From contig CBDBGH010000003.1 of NCBI GenBank assembly GCA_965205265.1, positions 1,824,001-1,888,000 of the forward strand: a stretch of DNA of 64,000 nucleotides, in the 5' to 3' direction. The stretch comes from Alphaproteobacteria bacterium (GTDB lineage Bacteria > Pseudomonadota > Alphaproteobacteria > Bin95). Both the position numbers and the translations under genes were made by a program. Below are positions 32,581 through 43,100 of this stretch, one piece after another. The first letter of the stretch is position 1; each line of letters opens with the position of its first letter. Under the pieces are notes generated by a model. It was given only the letters and a program-made list of their open reading frames with translations, was not told the DNA's origin and searched no databases.

Positions 32581-33347
32581 TCGTTGCCGGACGGGCGCAG
32601 CAGCCCCTCCAGAACGGTTGCGAGGAGCGCGAGGTCGGCGGGGCGGCTCAGGCGGTGGTCCCCGTCCTTCACGAAGACCGTGCGCACATCCTCGCTGTCG
32701 AGGCAGCCGGCCAGGCGCAGCGAGTCCCGCCAGGGGACGGCGTCGTCGCGCATGCCGTGAAGCAGGCGCACAGGCGCTCCTATCGGGATCGGGCCGTCCA
32801 GAAGGCAATGGCGCTTGCCGTCCTCGATCAGCGCCTTCGTGATCGTATAGGGCCCGTCCCCGTATTCGCTCGGACGCAGGAAGAAGCCCTGCCGGTCGAG
32901 GTCGCGCCGCTGGTCCGCGGTCAACGCCGTCTCCATGCGCCGCACGAAATCGGGCGCCGACGCAATGCCGATGAGCGCATGGACGCGTTCCGGACGGGCC
33001 AGCGCCGCCAGCAGCATCAGCCAGCCGCCCATGCTGGAGCCGACCAGCACCTGCGGCCCCTCTGTCAGCCGGTCGAGCGCGGCGAGCGTGTCGGCGAGCC
33101 AGTCCGAAATCGCGGCCTCCTCGAACCGCCCGCCGGAGGCGCCGTGGCCGCGATAGTCGAACCGCAGGAAGGCCCTGCCCCGCCGCCGGCAGAAGGCGTC
33201 GAGGGCGCTTGCCTTCTCGCCCGTCATGTCGGACATGAACCCGCCAAGGAACACCACGCCCGGCGCCTCCCCGGCCGCGCGCCGGTAAGCCAGCGGCGGC
33301 CCGTCAGGGCGTGCAAGCATGTCGGGTGCCGGGTCCGTTTCGTCCAT
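32574..33347 (-). CDS. Alpha/beta hydrolase
   Basis: GGFMSDM.G.KA, FDYRGHG.S, GSSMGG nucleophile elbow, GDHRLS. Confidence 0.88.
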   Translation of the reverse strand: MDETDPAPDMLARPDGPPLAYRRAAGEAPGVVFLGGFMSDMTGEKASALDAFCRRRGRAFLRFDYRGHGASGGRFEEAAISDWLADTLAALDRLTEGPQVLVGSSMGGWLMLLAALARPERVHALIGIASAPDFVRRMETALTADQRRDLDRQGFFLRPSEYGDGPYTITKALIEDGKRHCLLDGPIPIGAPVRLLHGMRDDAVPWRDSLRLAGCLDSEDVRTVFVKDGDHRLSRPADLALLATVLEGLLRPSGNDQ

Positions 33348-33472
33348 CGCGGCCGCCTCCGCTCCACCGAAGAAATTCCGTTTGCAGCCTGCAACCGATC
33401 GATGGAAGACGCCAGTCTCAAGCGAACTTGGCCTTCACATTGCTGCCCAGATTGCCGAAGGTCGGATTTGCC

Positions 33473-34597
33473 ATGTCATCACCTCACGCCGAGGCCCCGC
33501 TGAAGGGCAAGACGATCCTGCAGGTGCTGCCCGCGCTGGTGGCGGGGGGCGTCGAGCGGGGCGCGCTGGAGATCGCCGCCGCAATACGCGAGGCCGGGGC
33601 GCGGGCCCTCGTCGTTTCCTCCGGCGGACGGATGGCGGCGGGGCTCGGCGCGGACCACATCGCCCTGCCCGTCCACACAAAGAACCCCGTCGGCCTCTGG
33701 CGCAACGCGGCCTGCCTGCGGGAACTGATCGAACGCGAAGGCGTGGACCTTGTCCATGCCCGGTCGCGCGCGCCGGCCTGGAGCGCCCGGGCCGCGGCCC
33801 GGCGCGCGAGCGTTCCGTTCGTCACCACCTTCCACGGCGCCTACGGAGCCCGCAGCGCCGCCAAACGCGCCTGGAACCGGGTCATGATCCGGGGCGACCT
33901 CGTTATCGCCGTCTCGGATTTCATCGCGGCGCATATCAGAGAGACTTATCGCTGCCCCGAAGCGCGCATCCGGGTCGTGCATCGCGGCATCGACGCGGCG
34001 GCGTTCGATCCCGCCGCAATTCCGCTGCGCGAGAAGACGGCATTGCGCGCGGCCTGGGGCGTTCCGGAAAATGCGCATGTGGTGCTGCTGCCGGGGCGGC
34101 TCACCCGGCTCAAGGGCCATGCCGTGTTGATCGGGGCCATGCGCCTGCTCGCGGACCCGAACCTCGTCGCCGTGTTCGTGGGCTCGGACCGGGACAGGGA
34201 CGCCTACCGGCGCGAACTGGAGGCGGAGGCGCGGGGCCTGGCGGTGCGCTTTGCCGGGCATACCGACGATGTGGCAACCGCCTATGCTGCGAGCGATGTG
34301 GTGATCTCTGCATCGGTTCATCCCGAATCCTTCGGGCGCGTACTGGCGGAGGCCGGCGCGATGGGAATTTCTGTCGTCGCCAGCGACCACGGGGGCGCAC
34401 GCGAGATCGTGCGCCACGGCGAGACCGGGTGGCTGGTTGCGCCCGGCGACCCGGCCGCGCTCGCCGAGGGCATTCGCGATGCGCTTGCCGCTGCCGGACC
34501 GGCCCTCGCCGAACGCGCCCGCGCCCATGTGCTCGCCCACTTTACGCTCGCGCGCATGTGCGCCGGCACGCTCGCGGTTTACGAGGAATTACTGTGA
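33473..34597 (+). CDS. Glycosyltransferase family 4
   Basis: GGVERG, VHARSRAPAW, GRLTRLKG, PESFGRV..EA. Confidence 0.9.
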   Translation: MSSPHAEAPLKGKTILQVLPALVAGGVERGALEIAAAIREAGARALVVSSGGRMAAGLGADHIALPVHTKNPVGLWRNAACLRELIEREGVDLVHARSRAPAWSARAAARRASVPFVTTFHGAYGARSAAKRAWNRVMIRGDLVIAVSDFIAAHIRETYRCPEARIRVVHRGIDAAAFDPAAIPLREKTALRAAWGVPENAHVVLLPGRLTRLKGHAVLIGAMRLLADPNLVAVFVGSDRDRDAYRRELEAEARGLAVRFAGHTDDVATAYAASDVVISASVHPESFGRVLAEAGAMGISVVASDHGGAREIVRHGETGWLVAPGDPAALAEGIRDALAAAGPALAERARAHVLAHFTLARMCAGTLAVYEELL

Positions 34598-35391
34598 CGG
34601 ATTCGCAAAAGCGCCCCCCGATCTCCTGCTATATCCGCACCCTCAACGAAGAGACCCGGATCGGCGCGGCGGTCAGCGCGGCGCTGGCGGTTGCGCGTGA
34701 AGTCGTGGTGGTCGATTCCGGGTCCACGGACGGCACGATTGCCGCGGCCGAAGCCGCCGGCGCGCGGGTGGTCGAACAGCCCTGGCTGGGCGGCGGCCAC
34801 CAGAAGCGCGTCGGCGAGGACGCCTGCCGCCACGACTGGTTGCTCGACCTCGATGCCGACGAGGTCGTCAGCGATGAACTGGCAGGGGAAATCCTCGGCC
34901 TGTTCACCGGCGGCGAGCCGGATGCAGACGCGTTCCAGCTCCCTCTCGTGACCGTCGATCCGTCCGGGCGCATCTGGCGCCGGGCGCGGGCGCCCCGCCG
35001 CGCCAAGCTGTACGACCGGCGCAAGATCCGCATGCCCGCCCACGGCGCATGGGACCAGTTCCGCATCCCCGCCGCGCTCCGGGTGCGCCGCCTTGGCGGC
35101 GCACTGCTGCATCGCGCCTTCGACGATATCGGCCACCTTTCCCGCAAGCAGGGCAGCGCGATGGCGCGGCGCGTCGGCTTCCTCGACGAGGCCGGACGCT
35201 CCGGGACCGCATTGCGCGTCTGGTTCGGCCTGCCGGTCTTCTTCCTCCGGAACTACCTGCTGCGCGGCCAATGGCGGGAAGGCCGCTACGGCTTCCTCTT
35301 CGCACTGACCACCGCATACAACCACTGGCTGCGCTACGCGATGCTGTATGAGCGCCTGCGCGCAGGCGCAAACGGGGACGGCAGCGAGTAA
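34594..35391 (+). CDS. Glycosyltransferase family 2 (LPS-related)
   Basis: TLNEE, VVDSGSTDGT, LDADE. Confidence 0.88.
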   Translation: MTDSQKRPPISCYIRTLNEETRIGAAVSAALAVAREVVVVDSGSTDGTIAAAEAAGARVVEQPWLGGGHQKRVGEDACRHDWLLDLDADEVVSDELAGEILGLFTGGEPDADAFQLPLVTVDPSGRIWRRARAPRRAKLYDRRKIRMPAHGAWDQFRIPAALRVRRLGGALLHRAFDDIGHLSRKQGSAMARRVGFLDEAGRSGTALRVWFGLPVFFLRNYLLRGQWREGRYGFLFALTTAYNHWLRYAMLYERLRAGANGDGSE

Positions 35392-35530
35392 ATGTCGATT
35401 CTATTTCCTTGACGGCTGCGCCGTATGGACGCAGGCTTTCGCCTTCACGGCACTAAAAGCTCGTGCATACCGCCTTGTCAATACGGCGGTTCAGGGCCGA
35501 TGCCGCAGTCAGGAGTGAGGAGGACTTTCG

Positions 35531-36637
35531 ATGACAGGGTTGAAACGAATTACGGTCTGGTGCCTGGCGTTGGTTGCCGGTGCGCTGATCGCAATGGCGC
35601 CGGCGCGGGACGCCTCGGCGCAGGAAATCAAGCTGCAGTTCCAGACGGCGTTCCCGTCTTCGTTCTACACCCACAACAGCTTCCTGTATTTCGCAGACCG
35701 CGTGAACGCGCTGTCGAACGGCCGCGTCGAAATCACGGTGCAGCCGGGCGGCGCGATCGTGCCTTCGTTCGAACTTCTGGACGCCACCGCCCGCAAGGTG
35801 CTGGACGGCGGGTTCTCGGCGTCGGCCTATTATGTCGGCAAGAACCGCGCCGCGGCACTGTTCGGCCCGGCGCCGGGCGGACCGTGGGGCTTCGACTGGA
35901 TCGACTATTGGGGCTGGGTCTATGACGGCGGCGGCCTCGAACTGCACAACCGGCTCTTCCAGGAGATCCTGGACCGCGATGTCGTGGTGTTCCCGATCTC
36001 GCCGGTGGGCAACCAGCCGCTCGGCTGGTTCAACCGCGAGGTGAAGGACTGGGAAGACCTCGCCACGATCAAGTGCCGGGCGACGGGCATCACCGGCGAA
36101 GTGATGTCGAAATCGGGTATGAAGACCGTCAACATGTCCGGCGGCGAAATCCTGCCTGCCGTCGAGCGCGGCATCATCGACTGCGCCGAATGGGCGGGTC
36201 CGGCAGCCGATATCGACATGGGCTTCTACCAGATCCTGAAGCACTACTACCTGCCGTCCGCGCACGAGCCTGCGACGCTGATCGAACTCATCATCAACGG
36301 CGAGGTGTGGCGCTCGCTGCCAAAGGACATCCAGGAGATCATGAAGTCGGTGAGCTGGGAGGCAACGCTCTGGCAGGTGATCCAGACGCACAGGCTGAAT
36401 GCCATCGCGATCAAGAAGCTGAAGGAGGCCGGCGTCAAGTTCCACCGCACGCCGGACAGCATCCTCGACGGCCAGATGAAGGCCTGGGAGGAGATCCGCG
36501 ACAAGGCGATCGAAGAAAATCCCTTCTTCGCCGAGGTGATCGAATCCCAGCGCGTCTATGCCGCGGAGATCGTGCCGGCACGGCAGTTCTCCCAGGTCGA
36601 TTACGACTGGCTGGCGGACTACTACTGGAAAAAGTAG
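35531..36637 (+). CDS. dctP: TRAP transporter substrate-binding protein
   Basis: Signal peptide, LSNGR.EI, PLGWFNREV, GGEI.PA.ERG.ID.AEW.GP..D. Confidence 0.88.
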   Translation: MTGLKRITVWCLALVAGALIAMAPARDASAQEIKLQFQTAFPSSFYTHNSFLYFADRVNALSNGRVEITVQPGGAIVPSFELLDATARKVLDGGFSASAYYVGKNRAAALFGPAPGGPWGFDWIDYWGWVYDGGGLELHNRLFQEILDRDVVVFPISPVGNQPLGWFNREVKDWEDLATIKCRATGITGEVMSKSGMKTVNMSGGEILPAVERGIIDCAEWAGPAADIDMGFYQILKHYYLPSAHEPATLIELIINGEVWRSLPKDIQEIMKSVSWEATLWQVIQTHRLNAIAIKKLKEAGVKFHRTPDSILDGQMKAWEEIRDKAIEENPFFAEVIESQRVYAAEIVPARQFSQVDYDWLADYYWKK

Positions 36638-36654
36638 CGGCGACAGCCTGACAG

Positions 36655-36695
36655 GCCGCCTGTCTCCTGCTCCGGCGGGAGACAGGCGGCTTCTT
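36655..36695 (+). terminator. Stem-loop after dctP (terminator or mRNA stabiliser)
   Basis: GCCGCCTGTCTCCTGC-TCCG-GCGGGAGACAGGCGGC followed by TTCTT. Confidence 0.65.
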
Positions 36696-36743
36696 CCGGT
36701 TCGGCCCGGATATGCGCAGAAGATCCTGCATGGAGGCATACCC

Positions 36744-37787
36744 ATGAAGGCCGTGGTGTTTCTCGGCGACCGCCAGCTCGAATTCATGGAGTTTCCCGAT
36801 CCGGTTCCCGGACCTGGCGAAGCGGTGATCGAAATCAAGGCTTCGGGCATGTGCGGCAGCGATCTCAAAATGTACCGCGCCAAGGGCGGAGCGGCGGCGC
36901 TCGGTCTAGGCGGTCCGGGCGGCCCGGTGATCGCCGGGCACGAGCCCTGCGGCGTGGTGGCGGCCGTCGGCGACGGCGTGCCCGAAGCGCTCGCCAGGGT
37001 CGGCGACCGCGTCATGGACCACCACTATGACGGCTGCGGCGTGTGCAAGCATTGCCGGCAGGGCTGGTCCCAGATGTGCCTCGAAGGCAGCACCGTATTC
37101 GGCGCGACCGGCCACGGCGCGCATGCCGCCTACATGAAGGTGCCGGCGCACACCCTGGTGAAGCTGCCGGACGAACTTTCCTACAAGACCGGCGCCGCGA
37201 TCTCCTGCGGCACCGGAACCGCCTACGGCGCGCTGAAGCGCCTCGCGCTCGCAGGCGACGAAACGATTGCAATTTTCGGCCAAGGCCCGGTGGGCCTGAG
37301 CGCCACGCAGCTCGCCAAGGCGATGGGCGCGCGCGTGATCGCGCTCGACATCGGCGCGGAGCGGCGCGACCTTGCGCTCAGCTTCGGCGCCGACGAAGTT
37401 GTGGATCCGCGCTCCAACGATGTCGTCCAGGCGATTCGCGACCTGACGGACGGCGAAGGCGCGCAGAAATCCCTGGATTGCAGCTCCAGTCCCGAAGCGC
37501 GCCGGGACGCCGTGCGCTGCGTGAGGAGCTGGGGCACGGCCTGCTTCGTCGGCGAAGGCGGCGACGTCACCATAGACGTGTCGAACGACATGCTCAGGCG
37601 GCAGGTGACGGTGGCCGGCTCATGGACCTTTTCCAAGAACGGCCAGGCCGAATGCGCGCGCTTCGTCGCCGAGCGCAAGATCGACGTGGACGCGCTGTTC
37701 ACGCACGAGTTCACGCTCGACCAGGCCGAGGAGGCCTACACGCTCTTCGATACCCAGACGACCGGCAAGGGCGTTTTCCTGATGTAG
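36744..37787 (+). CDS. Zinc-dependent alcohol dehydrogenase (MDR)
   Basis: CGSD, GHE, CGVCKHC..G...C, GQGPVG. Confidence 0.92.
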   Translation: MKAVVFLGDRQLEFMEFPDPVPGPGEAVIEIKASGMCGSDLKMYRAKGGAAALGLGGPGGPVIAGHEPCGVVAAVGDGVPEALARVGDRVMDHHYDGCGVCKHCRQGWSQMCLEGSTVFGATGHGAHAAYMKVPAHTLVKLPDELSYKTGAAISCGTGTAYGALKRLALAGDETIAIFGQGPVGLSATQLAKAMGARVIALDIGAERRDLALSFGADEVVDPRSNDVVQAIRDLTDGEGAQKSLDCSSSPEARRDAVRCVRSWGTACFVGEGGDVTIDVSNDMLRRQVTVAGSWTFSKNGQAECARFVAERKIDVDALFTHEFTLDQAEEAYTLFDTQTTGKGVFLM

Positions 37788-37846
37788 GGACAGGCGCCGG
37801 AGCAGCCGGCGCGGGTTCCGCCGATACGAGAGGGAACGAGGCTGCG

Positions 37847-38413
37847 ATGAACGAAACGGTTGAAAAGTGGATGCGCCGCGTCGTCGGATTCATCGACGCC
37901 GTGAGCGACTGGATCGGCGGCTGGGTTCTGTGTCTCCTGGCGCTGCCGCTGCTGTATGTCGTCTGCCACGAGGTGATCTCGCGCTATGTGTTCAATGCGC
38001 CGACCAATTGGGCGTTCGAACTCACCTTCATGACTTACGGCGCCTTCTTCATGCTGGGCGCCGGCTACACCCTGCTCAAGGGCGGCCATGTCCGCACCGA
38101 CATCTTCTACAACAACTGGTCGTTCCGCACCCGCGGCATCATCGACACGACGCTCTACATCATCGCCTTCTTCCCCGGCATGGTTTTCTTCTTCATCGTC
38201 GGCTGGGAAGAAATGCTCCACGCCTACAACACCGCCGAACGGTCGGACATGACACCGTGGGGGCCGTCTATCGTGCCGTTCAAGGCGACGATACCGGCCT
38301 CGGCGGCGCTGCTGTTGTTCCAGGGCGTCTCGGAACTCTGCAAGAGCTTCTACGCCATGGTGGAAAACAAGCCGCTCCTTGAGGATGCAGAGTTGATAGG
38401 GAGCGAAGTATGA
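37847..38413 (+). CDS. dctQ: TRAP transporter small permease
   Basis: EVISRYVFNAPTNWA.E, GGHVRTD, four TM segments. Confidence 0.88.
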   Translation: MNETVEKWMRRVVGFIDAVSDWIGGWVLCLLALPLLYVVCHEVISRYVFNAPTNWAFELTFMTYGAFFMLGAGYTLLKGGHVRTDIFYNNWSFRTRGIIDTTLYIIAFFPGMVFFFIVGWEEMLHAYNTAERSDMTPWGPSIVPFKATIPASAALLLFQGVSELCKSFYAMVENKPLLEDAELIGSEV

Positions 38414-39729
38414 GCACTGACATTCTCGGCCTGGTCCTGCTTTGCTCGCTCATCGCAGGCATCTTCGTCGGCTTCCCTATCGCCTTCACGCTGATCATCC
38501 TGGCGACCGGTTTCGGCTATGCCGTCTTCGGCGATTCGGTCTTCTACCAGATGTACTTCCAGACCCTGGGCATCATGAAGGCAAGCGAACTCGCCGCGGC
38601 TCCGCTGTTCATCTTCATGGGCCACATTCTGGAACGCGCCGGGTTGATGGCGCGGCTCTTCCGATCGTTCCAATTCATATTGGCCCCGGTGCGGGGCTCG
38701 CTCTATCTGGGCGTGCTCGGCACCGCGACGCTCTTCGCCACGGCGACCGGCATCATCGGCGCGTCGATCACCGTGATGGGCATGATGGCGGCGCCGGCCA
38801 TGAGCCGCGCCGGCTACGATCCGCGCATGTCCGCGGGCGTCATCGCCGCGGGCGGCTGCCTCGGCATCCTCATCCCGCCGAGCGTCATGCTGCTGGTCAT
38901 GGGCCCCATCATCGGCGTCTCGGTGATCGACCTGTTCGCCGCCGCGCTCATTCCGGGCCTGATCCTGGCCGGCCTCTATGTCGGCTACGCGATGATCCGC
39001 TCGTTCCTGAACCCGGAACTCGGGCCGCCGCTGCCGCCCGAGCTGCGGGCGAATTCATTCGGAGAGATCGTTCGCGAGTTCTTCTCCGGCATCGTGCCGC
39101 TTGCGGTCATCATGTTCTCGGCGCTCGGCAGCATCGTCGTCGGCATCGCGACGCCTACGGAGGCCGCCGGCATGGGCGCGCTCGGCGCAACGCTGCTGAC
39201 GGTGGCCTACCGGCGGATCACCTGGCAGATTCTGCTGGACGCCTGCCGGCACACGCTCACCACTACGAGCCTGGTGCTGTTCCTCGCCGTCGCCTCCAAC
39301 ATCTACGGCGCGGTGTTCACCCGGCTCGGCACGGGCAACCTGCTCACCGACTTCATGCTCGGGCTGCCCGTGGACCCGCTCGTGCTGCTCGCCATCCTCA
39401 TGGTGGTCATCTTCATTCTCGGGTGGCCGCTCGAATGGCCGGCGGTGGTGTTCATCTTCCTGCCGGTCTTCGTGCCGGTGGTACAGAAGCTCAACTTCGA
39501 CCTGGTCTGGTTCAGCACGCTCGTGGCCGTCAACCTGCAAACGGCGTTCCTGTCGCCGCCCGTTGCGATGGCCGCATACTATTTACGCGCGGTGGCGCCA
39601 CACTGGTCGCTGGGCGACATCTACCGGGGAATGGCGGCCTTCATGGGGTTGCAGGTGATCGGCCTGGCGATCGTGTTCTTCTTCCCCGGAACCGCGACCT
39701 GGCTGCCGAGCATCCTGTTCGATCGCTAG
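38410..39729 (+). CDS. dctM: TRAP transporter large permease
   Basis: PLFIFMG, ATGIIGAS, LGILIPPS, ATPTEAA, NLQTAFLSPP. Confidence 0.92.
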   Translation: MSTDILGLVLLCSLIAGIFVGFPIAFTLIILATGFGYAVFGDSVFYQMYFQTLGIMKASELAAAPLFIFMGHILERAGLMARLFRSFQFILAPVRGSLYLGVLGTATLFATATGIIGASITVMGMMAAPAMSRAGYDPRMSAGVIAAGGCLGILIPPSVMLLVMGPIIGVSVIDLFAAALIPGLILAGLYVGYAMIRSFLNPELGPPLPPELRANSFGEIVREFFSGIVPLAVIMFSALGSIVVGIATPTEAAGMGALGATLLTVAYRRITWQILLDACRHTLTTTSLVLFLAVASNIYGAVFTRLGTGNLLTDFMLGLPVDPLVLLAILMVVIFILGWPLEWPAVVFIFLPVFVPVVQKLNFDLVWFSTLVAVNLQTAFLSPPVAMAAYYLRAVAPHWSLGDIYRGMAAFMGLQVIGLAIVFFFPGTATWLPSILFDR

Positions 39730-39832
39730 CGTCCTGACCTGTTGACCCTTCGTCCCGCCCCGCGCCGCTTGCGCCGGGGCGGGGTGGCGGCAATACTCGG
39801 CCGCAGACGAGAAGGAAGCGGGAAGGCCCCAT

Positions 39833-41107
39833 ATGAAGCATCTGTGGTTCCACCTCATGCCCTATACCGAGCTGCCGGACGATTTCCGGGAGCAGAACCC
39901 TTCGGTCTGGGTCGATATCCATTCGCGCCTCTTCGACCCCGAGCGCGCGCACTACATGTACAACGACTTCATGGACGAAATGGAGTTCGCGGCGGAGGTG
40001 GGCTTCGACGCGGTGTGCTGCAACGAGCACCACTCCAACGGCTACGGGCTCATGCCCTCGCCCAACCTGATCGCATCGGCTCTGGCGCGCCGCGCCAACC
40101 CCGACACCGCGCTCTGCGTCATAGGCAACAGCCTCGCGCTCTACAACCCGCCGACCCGCGTCGCGGAAGAATTCGCGATGATCGACTGCATCTCGGGCGG
40201 GCGGTTGATCGCGGGCTTCCCTGTGGGCTCGCCGATGGACACCTGCTACGCCTACGGCCAGAACCCGAGCCTGCTCCGCGAGCGCTATCTCGAGGCCCAC
40301 GACCTGGTGATGCGCGCCTGGACGGAGCCCGACACCTTCGCCTTCAACGGCCGTTTCAACCAGCAGCGCTATGTCAACATCTGGCCGCGGCCGGTGCAGA
40401 AGCCGCATCCGCCGGTCTGGATTCCCGGCGGCGGCTCGGTCGAGACGTGGCGGTGGTGCGCCGAGATGGACTATGTGTACTGCTACCTTTCCTATTTCGG
40501 CTACAAGGCCGGCCTGCAAACCATGCAGGGCTTCTGGGAGGAGATGAAGCGGCTCGGCAAGGAGCCGAACCCCTACCGTGCCGGCTTCCTGCAGTTCGTG
40601 GGCGTCGCCGAGACCGAGGCCGAGGCCTATGAGCTTTACCGTGAGCCGGCGGAGTATTTCTACGGACGCTGCCTGCATATCGACCCGCGCTTCGCCGCCC
40701 CGCCCGGCTACACCACCGAGGCGACGCAGCGCGCCGGCATCCAGAGCCAGGTCGCCAGTGCGGCGCTGCAGAACCGCAAGGCGCTGCAGGTCAGCAAGTC
40801 CGCGCGCGAGTTCGACGCCATTCTGGACAACGGCTATGTCATCATCGGCACGCCGGACCAGGTGGCCGAGAAGCTGCGCCAGGTCATCCATGACCTGCGC
40901 TTCGGGCAGCTCATGCTGCTGCTGCAGTTCGGCAATATGGACAAGCAGCTGGCGAAGTACAACTCCCGGCTCTACGCCGAGCAGGTGATGCCGCAGCTTC
41001 AGGATGTCTGGAGCGAATGGGAGAACCACTGGTGGCCGACGCCGATGGCCGCTGCGGACCGGGCTGCGCCCGATCCCATCGCTTATTCTTCGCTCGCCGC
41101 GGAATAG
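39833..41107 (+). CDS. Luciferase-like (LLM) flavin-dependent oxidoreductase
   Basis: GFDAV..NEHH, P.RVAEEFAMID.ISGGR, PRPVQKPHPP.W, GTPDQV. Confidence 0.92.
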   Translation: MKHLWFHLMPYTELPDDFREQNPSVWVDIHSRLFDPERAHYMYNDFMDEMEFAAEVGFDAVCCNEHHSNGYGLMPSPNLIASALARRANPDTALCVIGNSLALYNPPTRVAEEFAMIDCISGGRLIAGFPVGSPMDTCYAYGQNPSLLRERYLEAHDLVMRAWTEPDTFAFNGRFNQQRYVNIWPRPVQKPHPPVWIPGGGSVETWRWCAEMDYVYCYLSYFGYKAGLQTMQGFWEEMKRLGKEPNPYRAGFLQFVGVAETEAEAYELYREPAEYFYGRCLHIDPRFAAPPGYTTEATQRAGIQSQVASAALQNRKALQVSKSAREFDAILDNGYVIIGTPDQVAEKLRQVIHDLRFGQLMLLLQFGNMDKQLAKYNSRLYAEQVMPQLQDVWSEWENHWWPTPMAAADRAAPDPIAYSSLAAE

Positions 41108-41121
41108 GGGCTGCCGAGGCA

Positions 41122-41919
41122 ATGGACTCCGTTTCCGTCCCGCCCGCCATCGACCATGTGGATGTCAATGGCGCCCCCTGCCGCGTCTGGCGCAAGGGGT
41201 CCGGCCGGCCGCTCGCCTTCCTCGCCGGTCATGGCGGCCTGCCGAAATGGCCGGCCTTCCTCGACCGGCTGGCGGAGACGCATGAGGTCGTCGTGCCCTC
41301 TATCCCCGGCTATCCGGGCGGCCTCGGGCACACAAAGCTCGTGAGCCACCTGGACTGGATACTGGCGGTTCGCGACCTGCTGAACGGCTGCGGGCTGGAG
41401 GATGGCGACACCCTTCTGGCCGGCTCCGGCCCCGGCGCCTCCTTCGCGCTGGAGGTCGCCGCGCTCTGGCCGCACAAGGTCGGCCGGCTCGCGCTCATCG
41501 CGCCATGGGGCCTGTTCGACGAAGCCGAGCCGATGACCGACCCCTGGGCGCAGCGCCAGCCGGAACTGCCGGGCATGCTCTGCGCCGATCCTGAGAACTG
41601 GAACGCGCTCAAGGCGGCGCCGGAGGGCGCGAATTCCATCGAATGGCCGATCGAGCAGACGCGCGCGCTGGAGGCGTCGGCGCGGGCTTTCTGGCCGCTC
41701 GGCAACAGCGGGCTGGAAAGGCGCCTCGGCCGGGTCCGCGCCCCTGCCCTGCTGCTCTGGGGCGCGGAGGACCGCATCCTGCCGCGTTCATACGGGGAGC
41801 GCATGGCGGCAGGGCTCGGCGGCCCGGCGCGGCTGGAAGTCATCGAGGGTGCGGGCCACCTTGCCGAGCTCGACAGGCCGGCCGAAGTGGCGCAGGCGGT
41901 CGAGGCGTTCTTCGCCTGA
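41122..41919 (+). CDS. Alpha/beta hydrolase-fold protein with atypical nucleophile elbow
   Basis: PGYPG, LAGSGPG in place of GxSxG, LWGAEDR, GAGHL. Confidence 0.75.
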   Translation: MDSVSVPPAIDHVDVNGAPCRVWRKGSGRPLAFLAGHGGLPKWPAFLDRLAETHEVVVPSIPGYPGGLGHTKLVSHLDWILAVRDLLNGCGLEDGDTLLAGSGPGASFALEVAALWPHKVGRLALIAPWGLFDEAEPMTDPWAQRQPELPGMLCADPENWNALKAAPEGANSIEWPIEQTRALEASARAFWPLGNSGLERRLGRVRAPALLLWGAEDRILPRSYGERMAAGLGGPARLEVIEGAGHLAELDRPAEVAQAVEAFFA

Positions 41920-41952
41920 ACCGCAGCATCCGGCGACAGGGAGGGCGCCCGT

Positions 41953-42546
41953 TTGGTCTTCCCCGAACTCCCGAAGCGGGTCTTCGAGATCGTCTATGCC
42001 GATCCGCCCTGGGACTACAAGGGCCAGTTGCAGCATGCGGGGCCCGGGTCCGGCGATTCCGGCGGCGCGGTCCGCCACTACCCGACCGTCACGCTGAAGG
42101 ACCTGAAGACGTTGCCGGTCGCGCGCATCGCGGCGCAGGATTCGCTGCTGTTCCTCTGGGCCACCAATCCGCATCTGGACCAGGCCATCGAACTCGGCAA
42201 GGCATGGGGCTTCGGCTGGGCAACGGTCGCGTTCGTATGGGACAAGGGGAAGACCAATCCCGGCTTCTACACGCTCAGCCAGTGCGAGCTCTGCCTCGTC
42301 TTCAAGCGCGGCAGGATTCCGCAGCCCAGGGGTGCCAGGAACATCCGCCAGCTCGTGAGCGCGGAGCGCGGTCCGCACTCCGAAAAGCCGGCGGAAGTCC
42401 GGCGGCGCATCGAGGCGATGTTCCCCGGCCAATCGAAAATCGAGTTGTTCTCCCGCAGCCGGGTTCCGGGCTGGACGGCCTGGGGACTGGAGGCCCGGGG
42501 CGCCGGGCCGGATCGCACGGGACTCGAAGGAGCGGGCGATGGGTAG
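41953..42546 (+). CDS. MT-A70 family N6-adenine methyltransferase
   Basis: IVYADPPW, LFLWAT, F.W.K, E.CL..KRG, HSEKP, IELFSR, GWTAWG.E. Confidence 0.88.
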   Translation: MVFPELPKRVFEIVYADPPWDYKGQLQHAGPGSGDSGGAVRHYPTVTLKDLKTLPVARIAAQDSLLFLWATNPHLDQAIELGKAWGFGWATVAFVWDKGKTNPGFYTLSQCELCLVFKRGRIPQPRGARNIRQLVSAERGPHSEKPAEVRRRIEAMFPGQSKIELFSRSRVPGWTAWGLEARGAGPDRTGLEGAGDG

Positions 42547-42958
42547 TGCGAATTTCAAGGTTCGGGCGCTTGGCGAGGTCGTGCTGCGGACGGCGCGGCT
42601 CGACGAGATGAGGTCCTTCTACCGGGACGCGATCGGTCTGGAGGTGATGCGGATTTTCGGAGGCGGCATGACCTTCTTCCGCCTGGCGCCCGGTTTCGAG
42701 GGACACACGGCCGTGCTCGCCCTCTTCCCTCTCGACCGGGGCGAGGGCTGGCAGGGACATGAACCCACGCGGTCCACCCTGCATCACTTCGCGCTAAGCA
42801 TCCCGCATGCCGAACGCCCCGGCGCGCTGGCCGAACTCACCGCCCGGGGCCTCGAGCCCCGGACAGCCTTTCACGAGTGGGTCGGCTGGCATTCCATCTA
42901 TGTCAAGGACCCCGACGGCAACACCGTGGAACTCGTCAGCGCCCCGGAACCGGCATGA
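42539..42958 (+). CDS. VOC/glyoxalase family protein
   Basis: FYRD.IGL, LHHFAL, SIY..DPDGN.VEL. Confidence 0.85.
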   Translation: MGSANFKVRALGEVVLRTARLDEMRSFYRDAIGLEVMRIFGGGMTFFRLAPGFEGHTAVLALFPLDRGEGWQGHEPTRSTLHHFALSIPHAERPGALAELTARGLEPRTAFHEWVGWHSIYVKDPDGNTVELVSAPEPA

Positions 42959-43100
42959 CGGACAGCAACCCCTCGGGGACAAGCCCGCCGCCGGCAGCGG
43001 CCAATTCACTCTAAAGGGGCAATACTCTAGACTGGCTGCGGCTTCGACCTAGCACGGTCTTAGCGAGTTGGCTTGGCTCTCCCGACAATCCGGCATCCGA

